A stretch of DNA of 64,000 nt from positions 114,622 through 178,621 of the forward strand of contig JBMORA010000001.1 in the NCBI GenBank assembly GCA_049320885.1, written 5' to 3'. The notes beneath the pieces are model-generated. The model was given only the letters and a program-made list of their open reading frames with translations, ran no database searches and was not told the origin of the DNA. The DNA is from Thermodesulfobacteriota bacterium (GTDB lineage: Bacteria > Desulfobacterota > Desulfobacteria > Desulfobacterales > SURF-7). The stretch's first letter is position 1. The number at the start of each line of letters is the position of its first letter. The position numbers were made by a program, and so were the translations under genes. Below, in pieces: positions 1-10,462 of the stretch.

Positions 1-47
1 CATATACATTAAATAGTTCAATATAATTTAAGGAAAGGGAGAAAAAA

Positions 48-650
48 ATGGTCAAAATGTTAGCAACGGTCTGCACCATCTTGGTGACGGTGTGTAATGC
101 CTGGGCATTGCCGATGGCAGGTGATTATGTCACCATGCTGAACGACTGGACGGTACCCTACTCCATGCAGGATGAACGCGAGGGCGTAACCTACGCAACC
201 TTCTGCCTGGAAAGCCGTAATTATTTCAACCCCGGAACCCGCTATCTGGTAACATCCGTTGGGGAGAATGCGGTCGGCGGAGGCGGCGGAGCAGTCAACG
301 GGCAGGATCCGGTTTCGGAGTCCACAAAATGGCTTTATGCCGCGTATATGTCGGATGTGTTTAAAAATGTCGCCAATGCCGCGGCAAGAGTTCAAAACGC
401 CATCTGGTGGCTGGAAGCGGAAATCGGAGGGATCAAGGCCGATTGGGACTATTTCCAGGGCAATTTTTCATTTGACGATTCCGGCTGGAAAGTGATCGCC
501 GTGAACCTGTCAATCGATGGCAGAACCGACAATCAGAGCCAGCTGGTGGGCGTTGTTTCCCCGGTTCCCGAGCCGGCAACCATGCTGCTGCTGGGCGCCG
601 GGCTGCTGGGCCTGGCCGGCGTCAACCGGAAAATGAGACAAAAGGGTTGA
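48..650 (+). CDS. PEP-CTERM sorting domain-containing surface protein (possible thioester-type domain)
   Basis: N-terminal signal peptide (AWA-). C-terminal VPEPATMLLLGAGLLGLAGVNRKMRQKG = PEP motif + TM helix + basic tail. Purine-rich RBS upstream. Confidence 0.93.
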   Translation: MVKMLATVCTILVTVCNAWALPMAGDYVTMLNDWTVPYSMQDEREGVTYATFCLESRNYFNPGTRYLVTSVGENAVGGGGGAVNGQDPVSESTKWLYAAYMSDVFKNVANAAARVQNAIWWLEAEIGGIKADWDYFQGNFSFDDSGWKVIAVNLSIDGRTDNQSQLVGVVSPVPEPATMLLLGAGLLGLAGVNRKMRQKG

Positions 651-686
651 TAGGGATCAAAACAGACTGAATCGTTTTTTTCGTTC

Positions 687-738
687 AAAGGCCGGGGATG
701 GAAGCACACCAGCTGATATCCCCGGTCTTTTTGTTTTT
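687..738. terminator. Likely bidirectional intrinsic terminator
   Basis: Stem aaaggccggggat (687-699) / atccccggtcttt (718-730) followed by a T-rich tail, between convergent genes. Confidence 0.7.
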
Positions 739-743
739 GCAGC

Positions 744-1766
744 TCAACGCAACCACCTCTCCCTCACCTGCCGGGAGAGTTCCCGGATGGTCAGGAAGGC
801 CTTTTCAACCGTCCTTTCCTTGTCCGGATTCACCAGACAGCAGGTGGCCGGCGACAGCAGACTCCTGGAAAGCAGGAACTGCCTGTCGATTCCATTTCCG
901 GCAAGTGTTTGAAAAACCGTTTCCAACCGGGCGATGAGACTCTGGATGTTTTCTTTCTCAAACGGCTCGAAATTGGTCGGCACGATTCCCCAGACGATGA
1001 CTCCCCCCCTATCCAGAAATCGATGGATGGATTTGGCGTAAGAAGAAAATACCTGGGCATTGCTGTAAATGTCCATGGACAGGATATCCAGATCCCTTTG
1101 GAGCAGAAAATCCCAATCCGGGTTGCCGCAGAGATGAATCCCCCGCGGGCGTTCGATCATGGCGAAAAAAGCGTCCAGATCGGCCCTGGCCTTCTGGTCG
1201 TCATAGCCCGAGAGCGCTGAAAATAAAAACTGGAGCCCGGGTTCATCCACGAACATGAAGGCATTGGGGTTGATCGCCTTCAGCCGCGCCAGTTGGACAT
1301 TGATCCGTCTGGCCATGAACTCCATCATGAACGGCCGGACCGTATCGTTGAACAGGATGGGACGTTCGTCCTGATCCAGCACATTGAAGCCGAAGCTGAT
1401 GGGGCCTTCCAGCTGGCCCCGGATCGCCGGCCGGTCCGCCAGATCCAGGGCCAGAAAGCGATGGTAAACCTGGGAATAGGTCTCGCTGATATCGAAATAA
1501 GCAGGCTCTTCAAACCGCGCCATGGTTTCTTCGAACTGCTCCACGAATTTTTCATCGGAAAATTTCAGGGTCCGGTTTGCCACATCCAGCAGAATACCCG
1601 GGAAATGCTCGGCGGCCTGGACGTACATATCCTCATAATAATTGAAATTGGGCAGTTGGGGCCAAAAGGGGATGTCCAGGGAAAGGGCCAGTTCCAGCGC
1701 CCGATCCACATCCGTATGGGGCATGACAGCCATGGCGGTGGTCAACAGGTTGCCTGGAATGGGCAT
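744..1766 (-). CDS. Cobalamin-independent methionine synthase catalytic-core-like protein (MetE/URO-D fold, MesB-like)
   Basis: Motifs IPFWPQLP, GPISF, DEP, GIHLCG (HxC), WGIVP and SPATCC; 340 aa single-barrel size. Confidence 0.7.
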   Translation of the reverse strand: MPIPGNLLTTAMAVMPHTDVDRALELALSLDIPFWPQLPNFNYYEDMYVQAAEHFPGILLDVANRTLKFSDEKFVEQFEETMARFEEPAYFDISETYSQVYHRFLALDLADRPAIRGQLEGPISFGFNVLDQDERPILFNDTVRPFMMEFMARRINVQLARLKAINPNAFMFVDEPGLQFLFSALSGYDDQKARADLDAFFAMIERPRGIHLCGNPDWDFLLQRDLDILSMDIYSNAQVFSSYAKSIHRFLDRGGVIVWGIVPTNFEPFEKENIQSLIARLETVFQTLAGNGIDRQFLLSRSLLSPATCCLVNPDKERTVEKAFLTIRELSRQVRERWLR

Positions 1767-2038
1767 TCGGGAAACCTCCTTTCATCTGCGGGAAGAACAA
1801 GCCATGTTTGTTTAGCAATAGCATTTCCCATCCCATATCGCAAGGCGCCTAGAACCAACCGGCAGGGAAAAAACATGGACATTCGACACAGCTGGGCCAG
1901 TGGATGGCGATAAAATCTGTTTATTTTAACCTTGCTATCTGATAGAGTACAAGACTTAAGCTATTGCCTTTTGCCTCGACCCATTTGGTAGAGATTCAAT
2001 TGACGGATGCAGGCGTTCGTTACAAAAAGGGTTCCCCA

Positions 2039-3622
2039 ATGAACAACACCAAAGGAATGATCAGTATCGGTCAAGCAATTGAGATCATGTCACGAAGGCG
2101 CTGGTTTATCATCATACCGTTCTGTATTTCGATGATTGTCGGTATCTATCTTGCCCTTACCCTGCCTAAAATTTATGAGGCCAGCACCTTGATCCTGGTC
2201 GAAGCCCAGCGTGTACCGCAAAGTTATGTACAGTCCGTGGTCTCATATGATTTTGACGCCAGGATCAACACCATTTCCCAGCAGATTCTCAGCCGCACGA
2301 ATCTCGAGAAAATCATCAATGATTTGCAGTTATTTTCCCAAAGCCGGAATAAAAAAAACGAAATGCACATGGAAGAAAAGATCGAAACCATGCGCAAACT
2401 GATCTCGGTGAAAATTACGCATACCCGCGGCAGAGCCAATTCAGGCGCCGACTCGTTCACGATCTCATACAAAGGCGGGGATCCGGCGCAAATTGTTAAT
2501 GTTGTCAATACATTGGCATCCTACTTCATCAATGAAAACCTGAAAGTGCGGGAAGAACAAGCCATTGGCACAAGCGAGTTCCTGGACGGCGAACTTTTAT
2601 CCATGCGCCAAAAACTCGAGGAAGTCGAAGAAGTCATGAAGGAGTATCGTCGCGCACATATGGGCGAACTTCCCGAGCAACTGGAAAGCAATTTGAGAAT
2701 TTATGACCGGATTGATCAGCAGCTGAATGAAAAAAAACAACGCCTGAACGAGGAGCAGCAGAAACTGATCATTTTTGAAAATCAATTGGCGGCATCGGGG
2801 CAGAACGCCCCCGCCATCCAGACATCCGGCGTAAACACGTCTCAACCGACGGAGCTGGAGCGTCAGCGGGAACTGCTGGCGAATCTGAAAAGCAAATACA
2901 CGGAACAACACCCGGATATCCTGAGATTACAGAAAACCATCGCCGATCTGGAAAAAGAGGAAAACAGCAGAGCCGCGAGCGCTTTAAACGACAGGGGTGG
3001 GGCCGATAAACCGGTAAGTCGGGCAACCCTGGCGAATCAACGGCAGTTGAATGACATGAATCGGCTGATCAGAGAGCTGACAAGTGAAATCGCCGAGCTG
3101 GAAGCCCAGAAAATCGAATACAAATCCCGGGTGGAAAACACGCCCAAACGAGAGCAGGAATTGATGACGCTGAAGAGGGATTATCAGAATATCCAAAAGA
3201 CATACAGCTCGCTTCTGAATCGCAAACTGGAAGCCGAAATCTCGGTCAATATGGAGAAGAAACAAAAAGGGGAAAGATTCCGGGTGATTGATGTAGCGAA
3301 AAAACCGGAAAAACCCGTGGAGCCGGATTTGAACAGGCTTTTTGTCATGATCTTGGCAATCGGCATGGGTTTCGGCGCGGGGGCCGTCGTCCTGCTGGAA
3401 TATCTGGATACATCCTTTAAAAATACCGCGGATGTGGAATCCTATCTGGGTTTACCGGTCATTGCAACGATACCGCAACTCTTTCAACAAAAAGACCACT
3501 CCCTGAGGAAACTCCATCAAGTCTCAACCATGGTATCGATCGTCATATCCATCGGCCTGTTTGCCTCATTTGCATTGATCATATTGAGTGGTCCGGAAAG
3601 AGTGTTGGCGATGATTCGTTGA
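2039..3622 (+). CDS. Polysaccharide co-polymerase / chain length determinant (Wzc/GumC-like, exosortase-system type)
   Basis: N-terminal TM followed by PKIYEAST, long coiled coil with YTEQHPDI, RDY, C-terminal TM, VESYLGLPVIATIP. Start placed at ATG 2039 (ORF open from 1964). Confidence 0.9.
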   Translation: MNNTKGMISIGQAIEIMSRRRWFIIIPFCISMIVGIYLALTLPKIYEASTLILVEAQRVPQSYVQSVVSYDFDARINTISQQILSRTNLEKIINDLQLFSQSRNKKNEMHMEEKIETMRKLISVKITHTRGRANSGADSFTISYKGGDPAQIVNVVNTLASYFINENLKVREEQAIGTSEFLDGELLSMRQKLEEVEEVMKEYRRAHMGELPEQLESNLRIYDRIDQQLNEKKQRLNEEQQKLIIFENQLAASGQNAPAIQTSGVNTSQPTELERQRELLANLKSKYTEQHPDILRLQKTIADLEKEENSRAASALNDRGGADKPVSRATLANQRQLNDMNRLIRELTSEIAELEAQKIEYKSRVENTPKREQELMTLKRDYQNIQKTYSSLLNRKLEAEISVNMEKKQKGERFRVIDVAKKPEKPVEPDLNRLFVMILAIGMGFGAGAVVLLEYLDTSFKNTADVESYLGLPVIATIPQLFQQKDHSLRKLHQVSTMVSIVISIGLFASFALIILSGPERVLAMIR

Positions 3623-3728
3623 TGGAATGCGATCCGGTTTGTCCTGACCCATTGTGTTTTGATCATGACTTTTTCGGGCGCCATCCGGAAATAGGGAAGT
3701 GATCCAACCAGACGGAAAGGGTTCTTAT

Positions 3729-4580
3729 ATGGGTAAAGTGTTTGATGCCTTGGAAAAAAGCAACCAAAAACCGAAACCTGTTTCCGGTATGTTCAAAATC
3801 GAACAACAGACTGGTACCGACACGCGACAAGATACAAAAACCGACGAGGCATCGAATCTCCGCTCATCGGACATCGGCTTGCGCCTGGACAACAATCTGA
3901 TCGCCTTTTCAGACGCGCAGTCGTTTGAGGCCGAACAGTTCAAATCCCTGAAGACCAACATCCTTTTCCCGGCCGACGGAAAGGTGCCGCGGGTCATCAT
4001 GGTCACCAGCGCTCTGCCCAACGAGGGGAAGTCCTTTGTGGCCTCCAATCTGGCGATCAGCATTTCCCAGAATATCGATGATCACGTTCTGCTGATTGAC
4101 TGTGATCTGCGCCTGCCGACAGTCCATACATTGTTCGGCCTGGGGGAGGGACCCGGCTTGAGTAATTATCTGTCCTCCAACAAACCGCTGCCTGGCTTTC
4201 TGCGGAGAACAAACATCGGCAAGCTGAATATCCTCCCCGGCGGCCCGCCGCCCAAAAACCCGGCGGAGCTGCTTACCTCCGAGAAAATGGCTCAACTTAT
4301 TGCCGAAGTCAGAGAACGGTATCCGGACAGATATGTGATCATGGACACCGCCCCGCCGCAATTGACGGCGGAATCCAATGCCATCGCAAGAAAAGTCGAT
4401 GGAATTTTAGTGGTGGTGAATTATCGGAAAACCAGAAGAGAAAATGTCGAACAATTGATCAACATGATCGGCAAGGAAAAAATCATCGGCATCATTTTAA
4501 ATCGTTTTGACATGCGGGCATCCAGCTACTATGGATACGGTAAGTACAGCGACTATTCAAAATACTATTTAGCCAGATAA
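3729..4580 (+). CDS. Polysaccharide biosynthesis tyrosine autokinase (BY-kinase, CpsD/CapB family)
   Basis: Walker A SALPNEGKS, LLIDCDLR, IMDTAPP, Tyr-rich C-terminus (SYYGYGKYSDYSKYY). Confidence 0.93.
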   Translation: MGKVFDALEKSNQKPKPVSGMFKIEQQTGTDTRQDTKTDEASNLRSSDIGLRLDNNLIAFSDAQSFEAEQFKSLKTNILFPADGKVPRVIMVTSALPNEGKSFVASNLAISISQNIDDHVLLIDCDLRLPTVHTLFGLGEGPGLSNYLSSNKPLPGFLRRTNIGKLNILPGGPPPKNPAELLTSEKMAQLIAEVRERYPDRYVIMDTAPPQLTAESNAIARKVDGILVVVNYRKTRRENVEQLINMIGKEKIIGIILNRFDMRASSYYGYGKYSDYSKYYLAR

Positions 4581-4602
4581 TTCGAGCAGCCGTCTATATA
4601 AC

Positions 4603-6006
4603 ATGCTTAATTTATTCAAACAGTATTATCCGGTTCGGAATATCGTCTTCATTATCGGGGAGGGATTGTTAATCATCCTGTCCGTATTGATCGCCTGTTA
4701 TCTGCTGCTGGGTTTGGATTCCTTTGCCTATGATAATTTTATCCTCTTGAAATGTCTTATCATCACCATCGTAATTCAAACCTGCATCTACTATTACGAT
4801 CTGTATGACCAGAAGGTAACGAGCACCTATGCCGAAATCGGAATCCGACTGTTTCAGGCCCTCGGCACCGCCGCCATTTTTTTGGGTATTGTCTATCTGC
4901 TTTTTCCGGTCCTGATTGTCGGGCAGGGGATTTTCCTGGTCAGCACCGGTTTGGTGTTGCTGCTCATCGCCATATGGCGTTTCGGCTATACCGTCATCTT
5001 GAAAAAGGGTCTCTTCAACGAAAAAATCATCCTGCTGGGTTCGGGAAAACTGGCGCAACACATCGTATCGGAAATCAATGACAAGCCGGACTGCGGATAT
5101 ACCATCGCCATGGTGGTTACCGAAAAGGACGGCCGGGATGAGTCGTTTTCGGTTCCCGCCGGATCCCATGTGACGATAAAAGACATCGGCCAGGTCGATT
5201 TATGCGATCTCTCAAAACAGCTGAAGATCAGTAAAATTATCGTTGCCATCAAAAACCGGCGGGGGAATTTCCCGGCCAAGGAACTGCTGCAATGCCGGGT
5301 GGACGGGTTTAACATCCTCGAAGGAAATACGTTTTATGAAATGCTGACAGGGAAAATCATGGTGGATTTGATCAATCCCGCATGGCTGATTTTTTCATCG
5401 GGCTTCCATAAATCGTATAGAAAGCTGATCATCAAGCGCATTTTCGATATTGTGTTCTCCTGTTGCCTGCTGGTGGTCCTGGCGCCGCTTGTGGCGCTGT
5501 GCGCCATCGCCATCAAAATCGATTCCAGGGGGCCGGTCTTCTTTTCCCAGGAACGCATGGGCGAAAAAAGAAGAAAGTATGTCATCCATAAATTCCGGTC
5601 CATGATTCACGATGCGGAAACAGTCACCGGACCCGTCTGGGCGAGCGATAAAGATCCCCGCATCACCCGGGTGGGAAAAATCATCCGTAAAACCCGAATA
5701 GATGAAATTCCACAGATTTGGAATGTCCTGAAAGGGGAAATGAGCTTTGTCGGCCCCCGGCCGGAACGGGAACATTTCGTCAAGCAATTGGAGGAAATCA
5801 TCCCGTATTACACTGAACGGATGACCGTCAAGCCGGGCATCACGGGATGGGCCCAGATCAGTTATGGATACGGCGCCTCGGTTGAAGATGCCATCGAAAA
5901 GCTGAGTTATGATTTATTTTATACCAAGAATTTTTCCATTTTAATGGACATTATGATTGTCATGCGCACCATTAAAATCGTGCTCTGCAGCAAAGGGGCA
6001 CATTGA
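4603..6006 (+). CDS. Priming polyprenyl glycosylphosphotransferase (PEP-CTERM system-associated sugar transferase)
   Basis: N-terminal TMs, [47 protein letters not shown]. Confidence 0.93.
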   Translation: MLNLFKQYYPVRNIVFIIGEGLLIILSVLIACYLLLGLDSFAYDNFILLKCLIITIVIQTCIYYYDLYDQKVTSTYAEIGIRLFQALGTAAIFLGIVYLLFPVLIVGQGIFLVSTGLVLLLIAIWRFGYTVILKKGLFNEKIILLGSGKLAQHIVSEINDKPDCGYTIAMVVTEKDGRDESFSVPAGSHVTIKDIGQVDLCDLSKQLKISKIIVAIKNRRGNFPAKELLQCRVDGFNILEGNTFYEMLTGKIMVDLINPAWLIFSSGFHKSYRKLIIKRIFDIVFSCCLLVVLAPLVALCAIAIKIDSRGPVFFSQERMGEKRRKYVIHKFRSMIHDAETVTGPVWASDKDPRITRVGKIIRKTRIDEIPQIWNVLKGEMSFVGPRPEREHFVKQLEEIIPYYTERMTVKPGITGWAQISYGYGASVEDAIEKLSYDLFYTKNFSILMDIMIVMRTIKIVLCSKGAH

Positions 6007-6147
6007 CCGGAGGGTGGGCGCGGCGCTCCGAATAAAACAATTTTATAATATTTTTGATTAGTTATATTGTTTTTTTCCACCAATCGACAAAGCGGAGCTA
6101 TATCCCGTATGGTAGCAATGGTCCGTCTTCATGGATATGGGGCCGCA

Positions 6148-6777
6148 ATGAAAGGAGTACAACCGTTGAAAAATATCATGTTTTCAGACCCACGGAAATG
6201 GTCCGGGCTGTTCCTGGCAGGCTTGCTTTTGTCGGTTTTCTCCATGACCAGCGCCCATGCAGCCGATACTCCGATTCCAGCCGAAAGACCTGCGGACTAT
6301 ATCATCGGCGGCGGCGATATCCTTGAAATCAAGACATGGAAAGAACCGGATTTTTCCATTCCGGATGTGATCGTCAGAATTGACGGGAAGATATCCTTTC
6401 CCCTCCTCAACGATGTGCAGGCCGCCGGTCGCACCCCCATGCAACTCAAAAGAGAGCTGGAAGAAAAGCTGAAAATGTATGTGGAATCGCCGGTGGTCAA
6501 TGTGATTGTAAAAAATCCCTTGAGTCAAAAAATCTATATTTTAGGCGAGGTGGTCCGCACCGGTGAATACAATCTGACAAAACCCCTGACGGTCCTCCAG
6601 GCATTTGCCTTGGCCGGCGGCTTCACGGAATGGGCTTCCAAAACCGAAATCGTGCTGCTGCGCCAGGAAGGCAGAACGGTAAAAAGCATTCGCATTGATT
6701 TCCGGAATATTGTCAAAGGGAAAGATCTGGAACAGAACATGATGCTGAAAGCCGACGACACCATCATCGTTCCCTGA
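6148..6777 (+). CDS. Polysaccharide biosynthesis/export protein (Wza/EpsE-like, Poly_export + SLBB)
   Basis: YIIGGGDILEI, VRIDGKISFPLL, ILGEV, ALAGGFT, DDTIIVP. Start uncertain (ATG 6148, or TTG 6166 after aaaggag). Confidence 0.88.
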   Translation: MKGVQPLKNIMFSDPRKWSGLFLAGLLLSVFSMTSAHAADTPIPAERPADYIIGGGDILEIKTWKEPDFSIPDVIVRIDGKISFPLLNDVQAAGRTPMQLKRELEEKLKMYVESPVVNVIVKNPLSQKIYILGEVVRTGEYNLTKPLTVLQAFALAGGFTEWASKTEIVLLRQEGRTVKSIRIDFRNIVKGKDLEQNMMLKADDTIIVP

Positions 6778-6818
6778 TCGGTCAAGGGTCGGCAACGCTC
6801 CCCGGATCTATAGGCACC

Positions 6819-7709
6819 ATGCCCCCTAAACAGATTATCCTTACGGTGGATGTTGAGGATTGGTTCCAGGTGGAAAATCTGCGTCCGGAATTCCCGATCT
6901 TCCGGTGGAACAACCAGCCCCTGCGCGTTGAATCCAATACCCACCGCTTACTGGACCTTTTCGACTCCTTCAGCAGCCCGGTCAAGGCCACTTTTTTTAT
7001 CCTTGGCTGGGTCGCCGAGAATTGCCGCCAGCTCGTGCGTGACATCCAAAACCGCGGCCACGAGATCGCCTCCCACGGGTATCGGCATTCATTATGCCCG
7101 CAACTGAATGCAACCGAGCTTTACCAGGACCTCGTCCGCAGCAAAAAACTGCTGGAAGACATATCCGGGGAGGCGGTTCACGGGTATCGGGCTCCCAATT
7201 TTTCCATCAGTGATGAAGTCCTGGCGGTTGTGAAGGCTTGCGGATATCGATATGATTCCAGCTACAACTCGTTTTCAAAAAACCACCGCTATGGAAAGAT
7301 CAGCATTGATGGAAAAAAACGCCATGGATTGGCCCTGGAATTGGCCGACGATTTTTATGAGCTGCCCATCAGCAATCTCTCCATGGCCGGTCAAACCCTG
7401 CCCTGGGGAGGGGGCGGCTACTTCCGATTTCTGCCGCCGCCCATATTTCGGGCCGGGGTTGACAGAATCCTGAAGAAAAGCGACGCCTATCTGTTTTATA
7501 TGCACCCGTGGGAAATAGATCCCGGTCAGCCGAAAGCAAGAACGGTGACAGGATTGAACAAATGGCGGCATTATGTCAACCTGGAGAAAACCCATGACCG
7601 TCTGGCCACATTCATTGAGACCTATTTCCGGTTAGGGTATTCCACATGCCATCGCTATCTGGAAGAGCAAAAAAACCGGGGGCCGTCCATGTTTCCGGCA
7701 ACCGGCTGA
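6819..7709 (+). CDS. Exosortase-system polysaccharide deacetylase (CE4, DUF3473-type)
   Basis: TVDVEDWFQV, ATFFILGWVA, HEIASHG, GYRAP, YDSS, GGGGYFR, YMHPWEID. Confidence 0.92.
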   Translation: MPPKQIILTVDVEDWFQVENLRPEFPIFRWNNQPLRVESNTHRLLDLFDSFSSPVKATFFILGWVAENCRQLVRDIQNRGHEIASHGYRHSLCPQLNATELYQDLVRSKKLLEDISGEAVHGYRAPNFSISDEVLAVVKACGYRYDSSYNSFSKNHRYGKISIDGKKRHGLALELADDFYELPISNLSMAGQTLPWGGGGYFRFLPPPIFRAGVDRILKKSDAYLFYMHPWEIDPGQPKARTVTGLNKWRHYVNLEKTHDRLATFIETYFRLGYSTCHRYLEEQKNRGPSMFPATG

Positions 7710-7815
7710 GGCGGCCTCCATCATGGACCCGACTTCCCATGCGAGATCGAATATGACGGACAGATTCCAGTCGACTGAAAAAAATGCCCCAACCGGTATG
7801 GACGAAAACGGGGGA

Positions 7816-8640
7816 ATGAAAAACAATTTCCTGCCGTACGTCTTGTTGCTGTCGATCAGTTTCCTTTTCCTCTACCTGCCGGTCTGGCGGAATCTGATAT
7901 CGACCTGGTCCTCGGATGACGATTACTCCCACGGGTTTTTCATCGTCCCCCTCGTTTGTTTCATCGCGTGGCGGAAACGGGGAACCTTACAACAGACCCG
8001 GATTGAACCGGGATCATGGGGCCTGGGGCTCATCATCCTGTCCCTTGTGCTGTATCTGCTGGCAACGACAGGGGAAATAATAACCGTTGCATCGATTTCG
8101 CTTGTCCTGGTGTCAGCCGGCGTCATCTGGTATCTGTTCGGGAAATACGTATTGCGGGAGCTGGCCTTCTGCTTCCTGTTGCTTCTTTTCATGATTCCGA
8201 TACCCTCCCAGATCTATTCCACCCTGACGGTTCCCCTGCAGCTGCTCGTATCCCAGCTCAGCACCATGCTGGCCCGTTCCATGGGGGTGCCGATCTTTCG
8301 GGAAGGGAACGTGATCTTCCTGTCGGACTGGACCTTGCAGGTGGTTCAGGCTTGCAGCGGTTTGAGATCCATCATGTCCCTGCTGACCCTGAGCGCCGTT
8401 TTCGGTTATCTCACGCTGCGATCCAACCTGCTCCGGCTGCTGCTCCTCCTGTCCAGCATTCCGGCGGCGATCCTCGTGAATATCTTCCGTGTCTCCATGA
8501 TGATATTCGCCTACCAGTATTTCAGCTATGATCTGACAGCCGGGACGACCCATACCGTGTTCGGGCTCCTGATCTTTTTTATTTCCCTGGCATTGATCGC
8601 ATCCTTCAAAGGAGTACTGTCGATTTGGGAAAAAACCTGA
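7816..8640 (+). CDS. xrt: Exosortase (EpsH/Xrt family)
   Basis: Multi-TM protein with DYSHG, MIPIP, PLQ, REGNVI, catalytic Cys in VVQACSGLRS, Arg in NIFRV and His in THTVFG. Start could be 7723, 7753, 7798 or 7816. Confidence 0.92.
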   Translation: MKNNFLPYVLLLSISFLFLYLPVWRNLISTWSSDDDYSHGFFIVPLVCFIAWRKRGTLQQTRIEPGSWGLGLIILSLVLYLLATTGEIITVASISLVLVSAGVIWYLFGKYVLRELAFCFLLLLFMIPIPSQIYSTLTVPLQLLVSQLSTMLARSMGVPIFREGNVIFLSDWTLQVVQACSGLRSIMSLLTLSAVFGYLTLRSNLLRLLLLLSSIPAAILVNIFRVSMMIFAYQYFSYDLTAGTTHTVFGLLIFFISLALIASFKGVLSIWEKT

Positions 8641-9275
8641 ACCGCAGAATGTTGATTGTCGCCGTTTGCTTTCTGCTTACCGGCGTGCTGGTGCACTGGA
8701 AACCGGAAACCACCATTGCGAGGAAACCGGAAAGCCTTGACCGGGCCTTTTCCAAAATCGAAGGCTGGCAAAACCTGGGCATGGCACCCATCGAGGAAAG
8801 CATCGTTCAATCCTTGATGCTGGACGATTATCTCAATAACCGTTTCCGTAAAAACGGTAGCGATGTGATGCTGTATATCGGCTATTACCTTGCTTCCAAA
8901 AATGTCGGCGCCGCCCACTCCCCCCTGGTTTGTTTTCCCGGCCAGGGATGGCAGCTCGCGGATTTTGCGGAAAGAAGCGTGGATATCGGGGATCATCGGA
9001 TTCATCTGATGACCATGACTGCGACCTCCCCCCTTCAGAAAATCCTCCTGATGTACTGGTTCCAGGCCTTTGAAGAAACCTCGCCGGAAACATTCCTGCA
9101 GAAAATCAATCTTATCCGGGCAAAATGGCTGAAAGGGCGCGAGGATAACGCATTTGTCCGGCTGACCATGTCCCTGGATTCGCAATCTCCCGAACAGGCC
9201 TATGCCACCGGTATCTCCTTTATCCAGTCCTTTTACCCGGTTTTGTTGTCGCACATAAAAAGCAACCAGCCGTAG
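8625..9275 (+). CDS. epsI: EpsI family exosortase-associated protein
   Basis: N-terminal TM, LYIGYY, AHSPLVCFPGQGW, YWFQ, DNAFVRL; overlaps the exosortase stop. Confidence 0.85.
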   Translation: MGKNLNRRMLIVAVCFLLTGVLVHWKPETTIARKPESLDRAFSKIEGWQNLGMAPIEESIVQSLMLDDYLNNRFRKNGSDVMLYIGYYLASKNVGAAHSPLVCFPGQGWQLADFAERSVDIGDHRIHLMTMTATSPLQKILLMYWFQAFEETSPETFLQKINLIRAKWLKGREDNAFVRLTMSLDSQSPEQAYATGISFIQSFYPVLLSHIKSNQP

Positions 9276-9291
9276 ACAATCAGAGGTTCCC

Positions 9292-10443
9292 GTGACGTTT
9301 TGTATCGAAATACTCTTCTGGGGTGCATTGTTCGCTGTTTGGTACGTGTATGTGGGCTACCCCTTGGCGGTGCTGGTCCTGGGCTTCTTTCAAAAACGGG
9401 AGATACGCCAAGGGCCGTTCGAGCCTTTGGTCACGGTTCTGATCCCCGCCTATAACGAGGAAACCGGTATCGCGGCGACCATTCGGAACAAGCTGGCCCT
9501 CGACTACCCCCGCGACAGGCTTGAAATCATCGTGATCTCAGACGGCTCCACCGACCGGACCGATGAAATTGCGCTGGGGTTCCAGGAAAACGGCGTGCGG
9601 CTGCTGCGCCAGCAGCCCCGGGCCGGCAAAACGTCCGCGTTAAACATGGCCGTCGGCCAAGCCAGGGGGGATATTCTGGTGTTCTCCGATGCCAACTCCA
9701 TGTATGCGCCGGACGCCTTGCGGAAACTCATGCGTAATTTTTCCGACCCCGAAGTCGGCTATGTCACCGGCAAGATGATCTACGTCAACCCGGACGGCAC
9801 CCCCGTGGGCGACGGATGCACGGCCTATATGAAATATGAAAATTTTCTCCGGCGTCTAGAAACCGGTGTCGGCTCCATCGTGGGGGTGGACGGAGGCATC
9901 GATGCGGCGCGCAAAAAGCTGTATCGCCCGATGAATGCGGATCAGCTTCCGGATTTCGTATTGCCGTTGAACGTCATCGATCAAGGCTACCGGGTGGTCT
10001 ATGAGCCCGAGGCCCTGCTCAACGAGGAGACCCTGAAGACCGCCGGCGATGAATATCGGATGCGCGTCCGCGTGGCCCTGCGCTCCCTGTGGGCCCTGTG
10101 GGACATGCGGCGGCTCCTGCTGCACCCGCGTTCCCGGATGTTCGCGTTTCAACTCTGGTCCCACAAGGCGTTGCGGTATCTGGGTTTCCTGTTCCTCCTG
10201 GTCGCTTTTCCGGCCAATATCGTTCTCTGGTCCAGCGGAGGAATATACCCGTGGCTGCTGATCCTCCAGATCACGGGATATCTGGCGGCCGCTGCGGAGC
10301 CCCTGCTGGAACGGCGCCATCTTCGTTTCCGGTTGGTTCACCTGGCGCATTATTTTTTCCTCCTGAATCTCGCGTCGGCCCATGCCTTCATCAAATTCAT
10401 CATGGGACAAAAGCAGGTGCTGTGGACGCCGCGAAAAGGATGA
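9292..10443 (+). CDS. Glycosyltransferase family 2 (CESA-like)
   Basis: IPAYNEE, SDGSTD, GKTSALN, FSDAN, RMRVR; C-terminal TMs. Confidence 0.9.
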   Translation: MTFCIEILFWGALFAVWYVYVGYPLAVLVLGFFQKREIRQGPFEPLVTVLIPAYNEETGIAATIRNKLALDYPRDRLEIIVISDGSTDRTDEIALGFQENGVRLLRQQPRAGKTSALNMAVGQARGDILVFSDANSMYAPDALRKLMRNFSDPEVGYVTGKMIYVNPDGTPVGDGCTAYMKYENFLRRLETGVGSIVGVDGGIDAARKKLYRPMNADQLPDFVLPLNVIDQGYRVVYEPEALLNEETLKTAGDEYRMRVRVALRSLWALWDMRRLLLHPRSRMFAFQLWSHKALRYLGFLFLLVAFPANIVLWSSGGIYPWLLILQITGYLAAAAEPLLERRHLRFRLVHLAHYFFLLNLASAHAFIKFIMGQKQVLWTPRKG

Positions 10444-10462
10444 GAACGGGCAGGGAATTCCA

